From the NCBI RefSeq assembly GCF_964204645.1, contig NC_134025.1, positions 23,044,299-23,108,298 of the forward strand: a DNA stretch of 64,000 nt, in the 5' to 3' direction. The stretch is from Tubulanus polymorphus. Its lineage: Eukaryota > Animalia > Nemertea. The notes under the pieces are model-generated. The model ran no database searches, was not told the origin of the DNA, and was given only the letters and a program-made list of their open reading frames with translations. Position numbers and translations under genes: made by a program. Shown piece by piece: positions 38,401 to 50,215 of this stretch; within the stretch, counting starts at the first letter, position 1, and the number at the start of each line of letters is the position of its first letter.

Positions 38401-38732
38401 TCCTCCTGTTCCGTGTAGCCGCCGAGCGTTATGTAATACGGCTCTGACTCTTGTTTTTCCAGCTTCGGTTTTTTTTCGTCGTTGTCCGGAATCGACGCGA
38501 CGGTTCGATCGGTCAACGTAGCGTTGCTCGCGCAACTCGCTTTGCGGTCGACTTCGATAACGCTGGCGATATCGGGCGTAAGCGTGTCGATGCTCTTCGA
38601 ATCGTACGTCGCGCTGTTGCTTACGTTTTCATCATCGTCGACGCGTATAGGCTCGTCTATGCTCTGTCCGAGGTCCCAATCCTCCCCCGACGCGAGGGGA
38701 GCTAACGGACGACGTTTGCCAGCTGCAGCCAT
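14409..38732 (-). CDS. stnB: Stonin (Stoned-B/UNC-41 family endocytic adaptor) with a Stoned-A-like N-terminal region; longest model has exons 38732-36614, 19301-15570, 14701-14409 (2047 aa)
   Basis: Stonin-homology region (LMLRQPSKKKLTANRFWKQVYVRL) and mu-homology domain (FHPLDACQFELMRFRV, AKYEHIHRAIVWRVARLPE, EKWVRYIAKYEYKVEI), plus NPF, DPF and WxxF motifs. All junctions are phase 1 and the total of 6144 nt is in frame. The 17.3-kb first junction is inferred; the stonin identity of 14409-19301 is near certain. Confidence 0.8.
19670..19926. repeat. MITE-like repeat related to 33938-34238
   Basis: Shared blocks gcaaagtgagtcact...gaacca-ttgcaa and catttggcacccgtgtgaacagttgtt. Confidence 0.6.
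20803..20816. promoter_or_regulatory. RFX X-box GTTTCCATGGTAAC
   Basis: Matches the consensus GTNRCC(N0-3)RGYAAC class. Confidence 0.5.
21270..21405 (-). CDS. Candidate alternative first coding exon of stonin (MLPLIGRTPT...PTPDG)
   Basis: AACATG start context. 45 codons plus 1 nt end at GGAG|GTAATC, phase 1, which is in frame with the 19301 acceptor. Confidence 0.35.
24659..24672. promoter_or_regulatory. RFX X-box GTTACCATGGCAAC
   Basis: Near-palindromic consensus in a CpG-rich patch, about 160 bp from a minus-strand donor AAAG|GTAGGC near 24499. Confidence 0.55.
26226..26291 (-). repeat. Degenerate tRNA-derived SINE head
   Basis: Minus strand aggctcaacttgtagagca...gaggtttgtggctcaatcccagtc has decayed A and B boxes. 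Confidence 0.45.
27223..27863. mobile_element. Long-TIR element with 4-bp TSD (TAAG) hosting a nested foldback MITE
   Basis: ctacggaag...gcctccagttgtcgcgttcca mirrors tggaacgcgacaactggaggc...cttccgtag over about 105 bp; taag occurs on both flanks. Confidence 0.75.
27337..27631. mobile_element. Foldback MITE with TA TSD, same family as 7549-8045
   Basis: ta|atgtctatttcaacc...ggttgaaatagacat|ta. Confidence 0.85.
30259..30633. mobile_element. Old inverted-repeat element carrying convergent CTCF-like motifs
   Basis: Ends aatggggtac / gtaccccatt; internal ccaccaggtgtcgcta (30325) and taacgccatctggcg (30591). Confidence 0.5.
33938..34238. repeat. MITE-like repeat related to 19670-19926
   Basis: Shared internal blocks; imperfect ends gccaccatcacac / atgtgatcgcagc. 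Confidence 0.6.
36188..36454. mobile_element. hAT-like MITE with 5-bp TSD (tcatt)
   Basis: TIRs cagggtccctac / gtaggaaccctg; internal aattcaagga repeats. Confidence 0.75.
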
Positions 38733-41095
38733 TAACCGATCACCTGAAATTACACGAAAATGACGAATGATTAGAAAACCTTTGCGATGAATGTTTAAGA
38801 ACGTGACTTTTGGTACGTTTCTACCACATGACTTTGTATGACAATACGATCGTATTACACCCCTTTCAAAACATCATATTTTTAATATCAATATCTCTCC
38901 GTGTAACTTGGAATTAGACTCTACCCGGCTGGTAAATCATACCGCCAGTCTTCCATGAACGGCGAGCTTATATCTTTGCTTTGCTCCCGTGTGTAATGTT
39001 TACCGGAGATATGAATTCCGTTGACAGTACCTATGACCTTTAACGCCAAGCGGCAATAATTCAATCTCTCGAGAAAGATGCCACCTGAGTCTCCTCACCG
39101 TCGGAACAACTCGTAGCCCTATTCATACTTTGCTCATCGATCCTCATTCGCCGAGGTTAGGAGCTAAGCATTTTCTTAAAATGTAGGATGCACAGCTTCA
39201 GCCGGCATGCGACAATAATCTGACGGTTAATAGTTCCCAAGGTTCGCCGGTTCATTAGTCCCAAGATGAAAACAAATCATCATTAGCCAGATGATGATGA
39301 TGATGTTAGAATGAAGACAAAGCATCTCAATCTAGATTGAAATTCAAAATTATATCTTATTTGTGGTTTCTACAGAAGACTCCTTACCAAATACCAAAAC
39401 TAATCAATGAATTTTACAATGATTCTAAACTCAACTTTTGCGATTTTTCTCAATCCAGTCAACTTGGTGAGATATTTTCCGTCCAAACATTTCCAAGTAC
39501 CTTACGTACATTTGTAAAGTGTTATGTCGACTATGCTATCAAAGAACTTGATTTCCAAAAATAATGAACACGCATGTTTGAAGATATTAAAAACCCAAGT
39601 GGAAACCTACTGCTGGCCTATCCTACCTCATTGAATCGCGATATGCCCCGATCTCATAGCCAAGATATTAGAATTATAACAGAAACAGACAATCAGTACC
39701 CAAACAAAGCCGAGACACAGAAATCTAAGCGAATGCATCGTATTTCAGATTTTCCGGGTCTTTAAATACGAGCGCGGATTGAGCGTATTCGTCTTAACAA
39801 ATGAAATCATAAACTGTCGACCGAGATACATACATGAATCCAGGCACTGACGACGATGACGATGATGATGATGATGATGATGTCATGTCATCTCCAGGAT
39901 GAGGTATGAATTTTTTATCGAAAAAGCGAAGATCAATTAGCTCGACGTAATTAACTGCTATCAGTTCCATGACACATGAAATGGATGCGCAGAGCTACAA
40001 ACGAACGGAACGATGGGATTATCACCGAGGGCACTTTCCGAACGATATCACTGATTAGGCCTCGTACGCAACGAGACCGTATGGAGTGAATAGCAAAAAA
40101 AAAAAAATAATGAAAACAAATCCAATCCAAATGTTCCTTCGGGGTTCGCAACGTAGATTATCGCGTCGACGTTACAAATGACATCGACACTTCTCTCAAC
40201 GTCGGTTTAGCGACTATAGACAGCGCCGATGAATTTCATCAATACGTGCAATGAAAGATACTATAGGCCCAAAATAACGTTCGCGTAAATGGCGGGGGAT
40301 TTGCTAGGTTTATCCGTGCAAGTTCACTCAAGCGGCATCAAAATCAGTTCATCCTCGATCATTCCAATTCATCGAAAATGGAGCTATTTATCAACCGAGT
40401 AATTATCAACGATGTTATACGCGGTCAAATCGAATTCATGCGTAGCACACGAGACGTTAGAATAATATCCATACCCGGTTCAGCCTAGATCCGTCGCCAG
40501 TTGCATACTTCTATATATTCGTGTCTTCGCTCGAGGAATACAAAAGGAGACTGCCGAACAGTATTTATATGCATAAGGAAGTACGTACGCGGTATTGATT
40601 TGATCGCTTGACGAGCATCGCTAATAAGTCGAGAGAAAACTATATAACAATCATCGACGACGGAATACTCGAGTCCCCTCGATAATCCAAGCCGCAACGC
40701 GCTTCCGAGAAATATATCGTCGGTTCTATCGACTTCTCACGCGTATGAATGATGCGCTACGAGACGACGACAGTGTTCGACGACGGCGTTAACCTTCGCG
40801 TTATAAAGAGAAATTTTTCGAACGTCGAATATCGCGGAGTCAGACCCGACCGAGAATCGTCATCGACATCGGCGGCGCTCTCCCGGACGACGAACGTGAT
40901 CAATTCTACATCGCACGCTCGATTTGACGCGGCGACCGGTGACATTTTACATCGACATGACATTATTAACCGCCGAATTTACCCGCGCCGTATTCCGATT
41001 GCTGCGTCGTGCAAAATTATGCCCGAACAATTACTTTCTGGCCTTCTTAATCCTAAAAGTGGTGCTAACACGCACGCAACTTGAGACCTCAAACT

Positions 41096-41109
41096 GTTGC
41101 CATGACAAC
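41096..41109. promoter_or_regulatory. RFX X-box GTTGCCATGACAAC upstream of the first stonin coding exon
   Basis: Motif read directly. Confidence 0.45.
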
Positions 41110-43179
41110 AACGAAGTCACGATTTTTGCGCAAAAATTTCAGATAATCTACCTACATCCTCAATTAGGCCTACCTGCCAGATACTGAAACGCTAATTTTT
41201 TGCGACAAATAACTGCTTTACTAAGCTCTATAAAACCGTTTCAGAACTATAAACTGAACTAAAAAATCGAGTTCCATTTATCTTATCGATAGTAAACAGA
41301 GACACGAAGTGACAACGAAATTTGCGCATATATTGGTTCAGATTTCGGCATAGCTTCAGGTAAATAACACCTGTTCCGCGGTAAAGTAGCTAGCTACTGC
41401 ACCACTAATGAGGGGGATAATGCCGAAGCCTTATCAAACGAAAACCTCACGAAACCTTAGCAGGCTCGGCAGTACACGGATCAAGGCAACTACGAAGTGA
41501 ACTAAATTTTGCACTTGTACGCCATCCAAGATTTGAGCGATAATGTAAAAATTTGTCAACTGCAGTCAAAATCAAATGTCACGAGCCTTAGCCTATCATT
41601 TCTGTGGAGGTGAATCGCATAGAATAATACTATAGCCCCAGTTGTCAGATGATAGTAGGCTAGTTCTAGCAGGCTTTCCCCGATAGTGTATTATCAGAGA
41701 GAAATACTCACGGCTACAATAGTAATAGTAGCTTTTTTAAGGATTGGTTGGAATGCTATACAAGTGTTACGCCTTTTTGTCATGAAATAAACATTTCTTT
41801 TTATGTCAATAATTGTCATATCTTTGATCACATTGAAATTTATGGATTCGACAATTGCAAATTTCGCTGCACAGCTGCTGTTGTTGGTGAGAATAATAAT
41901 AAGAAGAGCTAAGTATAATGTCTGTCTGGCCAGATGTCAGGCTCGACGTAGGCCGATCCATCATTACGCTTAAAAAGGCAGCCTACTATAAAGATTTCTA
42001 TGACAACTCGACTCGCTGTTACTCGAGACACTCTAAATGGAAAATGGTTGATAAAAATCAGGTTATTTGATGAAGGGCATACACAGCCTCCTTGCGATCT
42101 ACAACTACAATTTCTCCAATTCCCTACAACTTCTCCAGTGCCCTTCATTGAAAAAAGGATAACAAAATTAGGTAGGCACCCATTGGCATGGTGTAGCTAA
42201 ACCAACTCTATAATAAATACATCATATAGGCCTACAAAAATAAATAGCCACTCTGTTAATAACTGTATTGCCAATTCACAACTATATTGCCAATTCACGT
42301 TCTCAGCATAGGCCTCCTAACGAAGCCCAACAGTCAATACACAGATACACAGCCAGCATCGTTCTTTTACTTTTCATCTTCTTCATCTTTTCTAAAATTG
42401 TGGGTTGGTTGGTTGTTAGACATTATTGCAGTAGAAATAATTTGGCCTAAAATATGTAAATATGCACTTACATCAATTACAAGCGAGGTATGCAGTATGT
42501 TACCATTTGTACGCAACTGAAATGCGAAATCTAGCAGCAGCCCAACTTTATTCCTATACTTTCCCACTGCCTGTCAAATTAGATGGTCACTACTTCGCGG
42601 ACGCGGCTTTGGACTTGGACGTTTATCAAGCTGTTGCATCACCATCACTACTTCACGAAAACTAAATTCAAGGAACGAAAAAAAGACGATGGCAATACGA
42701 TTTTGATAAGAAATAAAATGTATTCATTTATCTAGTCTCGTTATTTTTTAATATATTAATTATTATAAATAAAATATTTGAATTATTATTTATTAATATG
42801 AATAGCAGGTCGGGAAATCAATAACGAAAAGCGATGTGACACGATCCTTGTCAACAGTAAACAACATGGCGGCCGGTTGGATAATAAAGTGACAGAACAA
42901 TCATTTTCGTTTGTGTGTTGATTGTGGTGATTTTTCTGGGTGAAAAAACCCCTTCTATTGTAGGCTGCTCTAGATATTTATGTTTCACATAATCTGTGAT
43001 ATCTAAGCTTCTCACGAACGCGGTAACATCTCAAATAACCAGGTTAATCACAATAATGTCAACTCAACTCATCAATGCAACTTTTTTCGATGCCTGCTCG
43101 TGCCTGCCTTTGTTATATTAAAAAACTGGGCTTTTGTTAATTTTTTGTTTTCTTTTCAGTGTTGTCTGGCAGATTAAAA

Positions 43180-46100
43180 ATGGCGGATAGAAAAAAGAAA
43201 TCGACAAAGAAGGGCGATAGAATAAAGTCGGCCCCTGGCGTGTCTCAGGTTAAAAAACAAATCGACGCGCTAACCGTCGAGAGAGATGAACTGTTGAACA
43301 GCCGAAATCAGACCCTGTTCGAAAACGAATCGTTGAAAAAGAAACTAACGAAAATCATGGAAAAAATTACGGACAATATCGATCGAAGTGATTTCGATAT
43401 CAAAGAGGACGCGGAAGTAACGAATATAGACACTGACGATTGTTTAGAAATGTTGTCGAAGATAATCACGAAAGGTCAAGGTGGTTCGGACACGATCGAA
43501 TCGCGAGTTGAAGAATTGGAGACAAGAGTTACGCAACAGAGTATGGACATAGCTACATTGACGAAACGCGCTTTATTACTCGAGTATGGCCTTGAAGATA
43601 CGTTAAAATGTCACGATGTAGAAGAGGTGAAAGCTAGAGTTAAGGCTTGTTTACTGTTAGTGGGTATGTAGATTTTTGTAACCCTATTTCTATGTAGCCC
43701 TTATGTAACTTGTCCACTCATCAGAGATCCTTAGCTTCAGAGATTTCTGCAAGGTAAAACAAAATCTAATCATTGACTAACACTACCTTAAAGATCTGGG
43801 GCCAGTTGCTCAAAACTCAGTTTAAGATGACAGGTGGATAAATACAATAGGCCTAGTAACAATGAACTTTGAATTGTCAACTATCCACTGGTTTATAAAA
43901 CACCGATTACTCTGATTTTCTCTGTTGTAGGTGATCCGTTACCTGAGGTTTTAGTTACACCAAGGACACCCCAACCTCCTGCCGTAGAGAAATCATGTCC
44001 AAATCACCATCCAATAATCATGAACAGCGTCTCACAAACTCACCTGAAATCTGTAAGTGAAACGTGGACAATCTATGATAATGTAATTGTTGTTTAGCGT
44101 ATGGATGTTATTCCTAACAGTAAAACCTGCTCAATCCAGATAAGATTAATTGTCACCTCATACAGAGCTGCCAACCCCTGAAAACTGTTTTGAGGGATAG
44201 AGATGCCCATTTTCTGGGACAGCCAACTATTTTCAGGGACCTAAAATTTAAGCATTTCAGCTTTTCAACCTTAAATCGAGCATGTATCTTGTGCCCAGGT
44301 GAAGAGTGCTGCATCACTCCTGCTACTGATTAAGGGCTTCGTTCGGCCCAACCAAGCCCTTAATTATTCCCTACTGATATCAAAGAATAGCCAACTTACC
44401 GTTCAAAATATTGAAATCGATAAAAACTTAAAATTTTTCTGTGACAAAAGCTAATAGTTTAAAAATCTGGGACAAACTATGAAATTCCTGTTGGTAGCTC
44501 TGCTCATATATTCTGAAGTGAACATGTACGGCATATACGGCAGTAATGAACTGATCCTGATTTAACAGGTTTTACTGCATGGTATGTATGTGATATTGTC
44601 AATGATTTCTGAATGAAGAACGTTATCATGCATAGGAAACAAAAGATCAGATGAAATCGGATGAAGATATCAATCATGAATGCGATGAAAATGCCAACGA
44701 AGGCGACAGTTCACTGTGCATTCCTTACTATGGTCGACTACCCGGGGTACTTCTTACTAGCATTATGTAGAGTCTGTGCTTGTAGTCTCCCTTTAGTCAT
44801 TCTAGCTATCATTAATGAAAAGTGTTTTTTACAGGGTGCCTGCTCACTTCACATGTCGCACCTTGAAAGCTATGCAATTACAAATCACTATTGGACCACA
44901 ATTCGCTTTTAAAAAATTTGTTCGATTAATTGTGTGAAATTTTTCATGTGCTACTGTAAGAGAATCAAATACCAAGAGTTACATACAGTAGCTAGATAAA
45001 AGTGTTCTCTCCAGTAAATAAACTTAATCTAATAGAGTATTACCATAGAATAGGCTTATCCCGAGTCTTAGTAAACTGTAACATCGACAGAAAATATTAC
45101 TAGAATTATATTCTATTGGTACTGTATAGCATTTCTTGTGTTTTAAGTATGCGGGCTTGCAGGACTTGTTTATCAAAAATTAATTCTGAAATTGACTTGT
45201 TTACAGGAGGATGAAGATGAGGCTCAGGTATTTTAACTTCCATACAGAGCACAGTACATCAATGTTACTCCAGATGTACATATTTGAGCACAGTTATAAC
45301 ATTTCTGACTGTGGTCTACAGTGGAAACTCGTTACAGCAAACTTGATAGAACCATACAATATGTTTGTTATAACCGATAGTTCGTTATATCCAGTATGAA
45401 ATTAACCTAATTTTCATACTTAGGACAAAATTATATATTTGTTATATCCGATGATGAATCGCTGGTTGTAACGAGGTTCCATACATTATTCATCTCTGTG
45501 AATTTTATACCAGTTTTGATGTATTGAATACTTTTCTCTGGCTATGGTCAACTTGTTATGATAGTCAATTATGAAATCAAAATATTTAAATTAATTTTCC
45601 CAAATTTCACATCAATCATCTTAACAATATCATTCCCCTGTTCGATTAAAACAGCACTTCATAATTCCAAGCATCCCTGCAAATATTCCCGACACTTCAT
45701 CCCTTTATACACGATGTATGAATTACTAGAATGCCTTTTTAATACGCTATCTAACTAATTTGAAAATAATGCAAAACAACAATATTTCATATGAATATTC
45801 CAATCCTTACGTGATAAAGATATTCTTTGTTTTCAATCGGTGATATATAATTTCAGCCGGACCGTAAAGGTGTAGGTGAAACTCATATACGTTTTATGAA
45901 CCGAGAACTGAAGCGATATATCGCTAAAGAACTTAGCTATGAAAAACCATCAGGTAAATAAAGCAAACTCTCCACCATAGAATCAATTAACTCTGCTTTA
46001 TCAAATGTTACTGCTTATTCTAAAGAACAGACATAAGGGCTCTTCTTCACAATCAAGTTTAACAAATTTTCTTATGTTTTTGAAGGAGCTGATTGGCGAA

Positions 46101-46306
46101 TGTTAGCGGAGAGAGTAGGTATAGCATTGGAGACAATAAAGCGTTGGAGAAAAATGCGACTGGATTGTCCGATGGCCATGGTATTCTCCGAATGGGGTGA
46201 AAGTCCTGCGGCAAGTGTTAGAATTCTACATCGCCATCTTATATCACCACAAATGAGATGTACAATTATCGCGAAAAGGATTACTGATTTTTATATAGTT
46301 GACTGA
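43180..46306 (+). CDS. Coiled-coil protein with a C-terminal death-domain-like region (~351 aa); exons 43180-43663, 43931-44052, 44636-44746, 45207-45227, 45857-45953, 46086-46306
   Basis: Phase-consistent GT-AG chain of 1056 nt. The N-terminus is heptad-rich. GADWRMLAERVGIALETIKRW...MVFSEWGESPAASVRILHRHL fits the death-fold pattern. The two middle exons are less certain. Confidence 0.7.
44163..44502. mobile_element. hAT-like MITE with 6-bp TSD (ctcata)
   Basis: TIRs cagagctgccaac / gttggtagctctg; ctcata on both flanks. Confidence 0.75.
45319..45482. mobile_element. Tc1/mariner-type MITE
   Basis: ta|cagtggaaactcgttaca ... tgtaacgaggttcca. Confidence 0.55.
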
Positions 46307-47527
46307 TATCGAGGGCCTGCTGAATGGCTGCCTTATTCTAAGTCCATGACACGAAAAATCTCAGAATCAATCGGATCATGCCTTAGCGTAATCACAGAAT
46401 CATACAATTGTATTTTTGCTAAAATATTTCGACACTGCTTCTCGATGTGCCAAGTTCCAGACATAATTTATTGTCAAGACAGCTCTTTTCACTCGAAGTA
46501 CCAAAGATGTGCCTTCTTTTGAATGTATAGTTATTTTTATCAAATTTTAATATCTGTCATTCAAATTATTAGTTATTCATAGCTTTTCTCCTATGTACCA
46601 CTTCACTACATTTGTGTATATCTTTTGTGATCAGGGAGCACTTATACTACCGGTATTTATCTCTCACTGGAACACCAAGCCTTATTTATCTGTCAGCATT
46701 CGACTACAGCATTTAAATCTATTGTTTCGTGTTGTTTTTCTCTACACTTGTGGCAGATAAAGGTTGTGAAAATCTTCATAGATTACGCGTATTACCAAAA
46801 ATGCCTCGAGTTTGTGATATTTAGAACTGCTGATGGACTTTTCGTCGAATGCATCATATATTAAAGAATGAAGAATTTGTGATATAGTTTACACTATTAA
46901 TGTAACTTCCATTTATGTACAACTACAAATATTATATGAATCAATAAACACACTCGACATCGAGTATTGGTTATTATTCTCGATTAGTTTGTCAGTCTGT
47001 TTAACAGCTTAGTGTACATACATTAATGGCACTTTTCACCTTCAATGGAAGGACAAACATTTCCTATGATAAAGATCATATCTTCAACCATGGACTCGTC
47101 GTTTTAGAGTCCATGCTTCAACGGTATGCAGGTATCAATCTACCACCTGGACCCACCCCTCTGACATTCAACACATTGTCACCATTCTTCTACCAATTTT
47201 TGATCAGTACCAATGCCAGACATTAGTCACGTTATCACAACGCTTTCAATAAGTGATTATCAACAATAAAGAGTTGTTCTGGGCTGCAGATTAGTGGAAC
47301 TGTTTGAGGAACTATGGAATGGTTATGATCAACCCGCTTTTTTAAATGAGATCAGAAAAGAGAGAAATATGACTTTTTCAATTGTTACTCCATTTTATTT
47401 CAACAGTTTTTAAGTGGTGCTTACACCTTCAGTCATGCCAACAGAGACAACTTTTACGAATTAAATTCCTTTTCATTTCACCACCGACTGAATATTTCAT
47501 ACCATAACCGAAGAACTAAGGATATCA

Positions 47528-48442
47528 TTACATATATAGCTTAATAAGCTCATCGCTGACGGCGGAAGGCATAAGAATACCGAGGTCTGTGAATAACAAT
47601 GTTATGTAAGCTGGTGGAGTATAATCAACCCAGGGATGTTCTTGCGAAAGATCATTTTTAGATCTCATAGTCGAAGCGTGATATTTGAATTGGTTAGGCA
47701 GATCTTTTTGATTCAAGGGATATAACCGAGTGAATTTGAAGCTTTCCGCTAGCACGTAGAACGGTTTATTGAGTTCTTTCGCGCACATGGCGACCGAATA
47801 AGTCCCAATTTTGTTGATGATACCTCCGCTCTCGGCGACGCCTTCAGCTCCCATCAAGACGAAGTCGACCTTTTCCATCACATACCCGATCGAAGCGTCG
47901 AGTATTAAGGTAGTGGGTATACCTAACGCGGTCAGCTCATCGTACATTGATTGTCCAGTTCTGTCCGGCAACGATTCGGTGACGAACACTCTGAAACGTC
48001 GATTTTCAGCGACCGCATCTTTGAATATCTGCAGCACGACGCGGGAACGAGAATGCGTAAGAATCGTTTTTCCGTCGGTAATAAACGGTAGCGCCGATTT
48101 GCTGATCTTTTTCCGCGACGTGCCCACGGTTTGCAAAAACAACTGCCCCCTTTCGACCAACACGCGCTTACAGTCGTTGAAATCGGAATGATCTAACGAC
48201 GCCAATGTTATAAATCGCAGGAACAATTCGCATCCCGAAGTAATCGACGTCACCGAACTATCGGTGAAATTGTTCAACGTGTTGATCGCATCTTTCAGAT
48301 TCGCTCTCAAACCCGCTAAAGTTTCGGCCGGATCGACTTTGATGAACTGAATCAATGTTTGAATGGCGGCGACGGCTGCTGATGTATTCAGATCATCTTT
48401 CATGATCTGCTCGAAGTAAAGAAGAATTTCATTGTTTTCCAT
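47528..48442 (-). CDS. EIF2B1: Translation initiation factor eIF2B subunit alpha (304 aa), intronless CDS
   Basis: SGCELFLRFITL, ILTHSRSRVV, VFVTESLPD, GAEGVAESGGIINKIGT, AESFKFTRLYPLNQKD, VDYTPPAYITLLFTDLG, PSAVSDELIKLY. An acceptor lies at 48451, just upstream of the ATG. Confidence 0.97.
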   Translation of the reverse strand: MENNEILLYFEQIMKDDLNTSAAVAAIQTLIQFIKVDPAETLAGLRANLKDAINTLNNFTDSSVTSITSGCELFLRFITLASLDHSDFNDCKRVLVERGQLFLQTVGTSRKKISKSALPFITDGKTILTHSRSRVVLQIFKDAVAENRRFRVFVTESLPDRTGQSMYDELTALGIPTTLILDASIGYVMEKVDFVLMGAEGVAESGGIINKIGTYSVAMCAKELNKPFYVLAESFKFTRLYPLNQKDLPNQFKYHASTMRSKNDLSQEHPWVDYTPPAYITLLFTDLGILMPSAVSDELIKLYM

Positions 48443-48999
48443 CGTAAATTCTGTAATTAGAAAACAAGATGTAGTCACAAGATGATGATGGTACTCTGAC
48501 ACAGCTACACCGCAAGTCTGAATACCAGATGATGTAAGGGTTCCCCTACAGCCTACCGTTTCAACAACCCCTTACAAGACGGATTATGGATTTGATGGGT
48601 TTGAAATAATCAGAGGGGGAAATTTTTTTTCTAAAAACATTGAATTTATTATCAATTAAGTGATGGGGGAATTTGAAAAAAACTGCTTTATTTTGGAGGA
48701 TTTTTTGAATAATGAATGATACCTGAATCTTTTCTATTTATTGCCCACACACATACAGGCCTAATTGACCCACCATTTTTCACGCTATTTACTGAATAAA
48801 CCCGACAAATATTTCGATTACAACACCATAATCCACCATAATTGTTTGGTGTGAGTGTGATGTCAGAATATGATGTGGCAGTGGAATAAATTATAAATCT
48901 CAATTTTTACTTTCATATCTTTGCTTAACAAAAATGAAAATAAAAATTAGAATAAAACTTTTCTCTTATACCTAGAAATCTGAAAAGTTTGTCAGTTGA

Positions 49000-49710
49000 T
49001 CCGTCATCAATTTGAACTAATAGCAAAAAATGGCCCAAGAAATAGGTACAAGTTAGTCTGAATACCAGTCGTTGTTGCCGGTTCCGTTGTTTTTGGAACG
49101 ACGGCTAGGTGCAAGTAGACCTGTGAGGGTTCATTATACGCCCTCTACTATTGCTAATTTGTTTTTTTTTAATCACGTGACACTCACTCACTACAGCAAT
49201 TATGATGATTTGATTTGTGAAACAGTAGAGCAAGAATGGATTGACTATCGGAAATATAACAACATATGGCGATGCCGATAGCGATGGCGGTTTGGATGAT
49301 GCCGGATGGGTAGAAATGCTAGTGCTATATAGATGTCTTGTTATAACAGCATGTATAATGGCCTATCATATACTTCTATTTTCTCTCTTTTTTGTTGTTC
49401 TTGTCGCCTATGCCATAATCTTGTAACATTCAACGACAATCAACATTATTTGAATTGAATTATGGGCGCCGCCATCTTGGATTTTCGGAAACCCAGCATA
49501 TTTTACGAATTATATCCAAAGCAAATTTCTCTGTAATTTTCGATAGTATTCGCCGATCGGATACCATTGGGTTGTGGGAACATATATTCAATTCACTACT
49601 GCACCACGATTTCATCGATAACTTACTTATCTAATAAACTTACAAACGAAACGGGACGTAGCAAGTCTAAATTTTACTTCCGGGTTTTCTCTGAGGTCGA
49701 GGTACGTTTG
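49000..49710. promoter_or_regulatory. Probable bidirectional promoter for EIF2B1 and LCLAT1 copy 1
   Basis: Head-to-head genes. YY1-like cgccgccatctt near 49467 and ETS-like acttccggg near 49676. Non-coding exon donors near 48971 (minus) and 49702 (plus). Confidence 0.5.
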
Positions 49711-49945
49711 TGGTGTAGCGGTAGGCAGCACTGGCGCATTTGTTTCTGATTCTGATCTTGCCACATCTTTACCTCAAAAGCAAGCGTTAAAGAATATGGT
49801 TAGGCTGTAAATAAATTAAATTTTTATCGAGGCAACAGTTGAGTTCTGCGGTCAAGTGTCCAATCAAGCATACCGGCCTGTAAGCTGTATACTTTTCCTT
49901 TCGTTTCGAATCCCAATATTGCAAGTCAGAATTCCATGCATGCAA

Positions 49946-50058
49946 TAACCTAGTTAGTTACCTAATCGTTGGTGGTAAGCTTTTTATAATCGGATGGGCT
50001 TATACCATATGTGGTTTGTGAAAATATCCGATCGTGAAACTAAACCACAGACAGGTTA
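49946..50058 (+). repeat. Short dispersed repeat with taacct/aggtta ends
   Basis: Same family as 6288 and 51720. Confidence 0.75.
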
Positions 50059-50215
50059 CTGACTAATTTAGCAATAACCGAACATCCGTAACTTGGCCGT
50101 AACCGTGGTTGCGCTATGTTTTCGGAATCACCCTACCCGTAGCCACGGCTGATCATATATCCGCTGTGAATGAAAGTTGAAATTTTTCGTTAGGCCTTCG
50201 CGATAACTATTAACC

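Noticed and set aside
36513-38763. Many short ORFs overlapping the upstream stonin exon
   Set aside because: Antisense and frame shadows.
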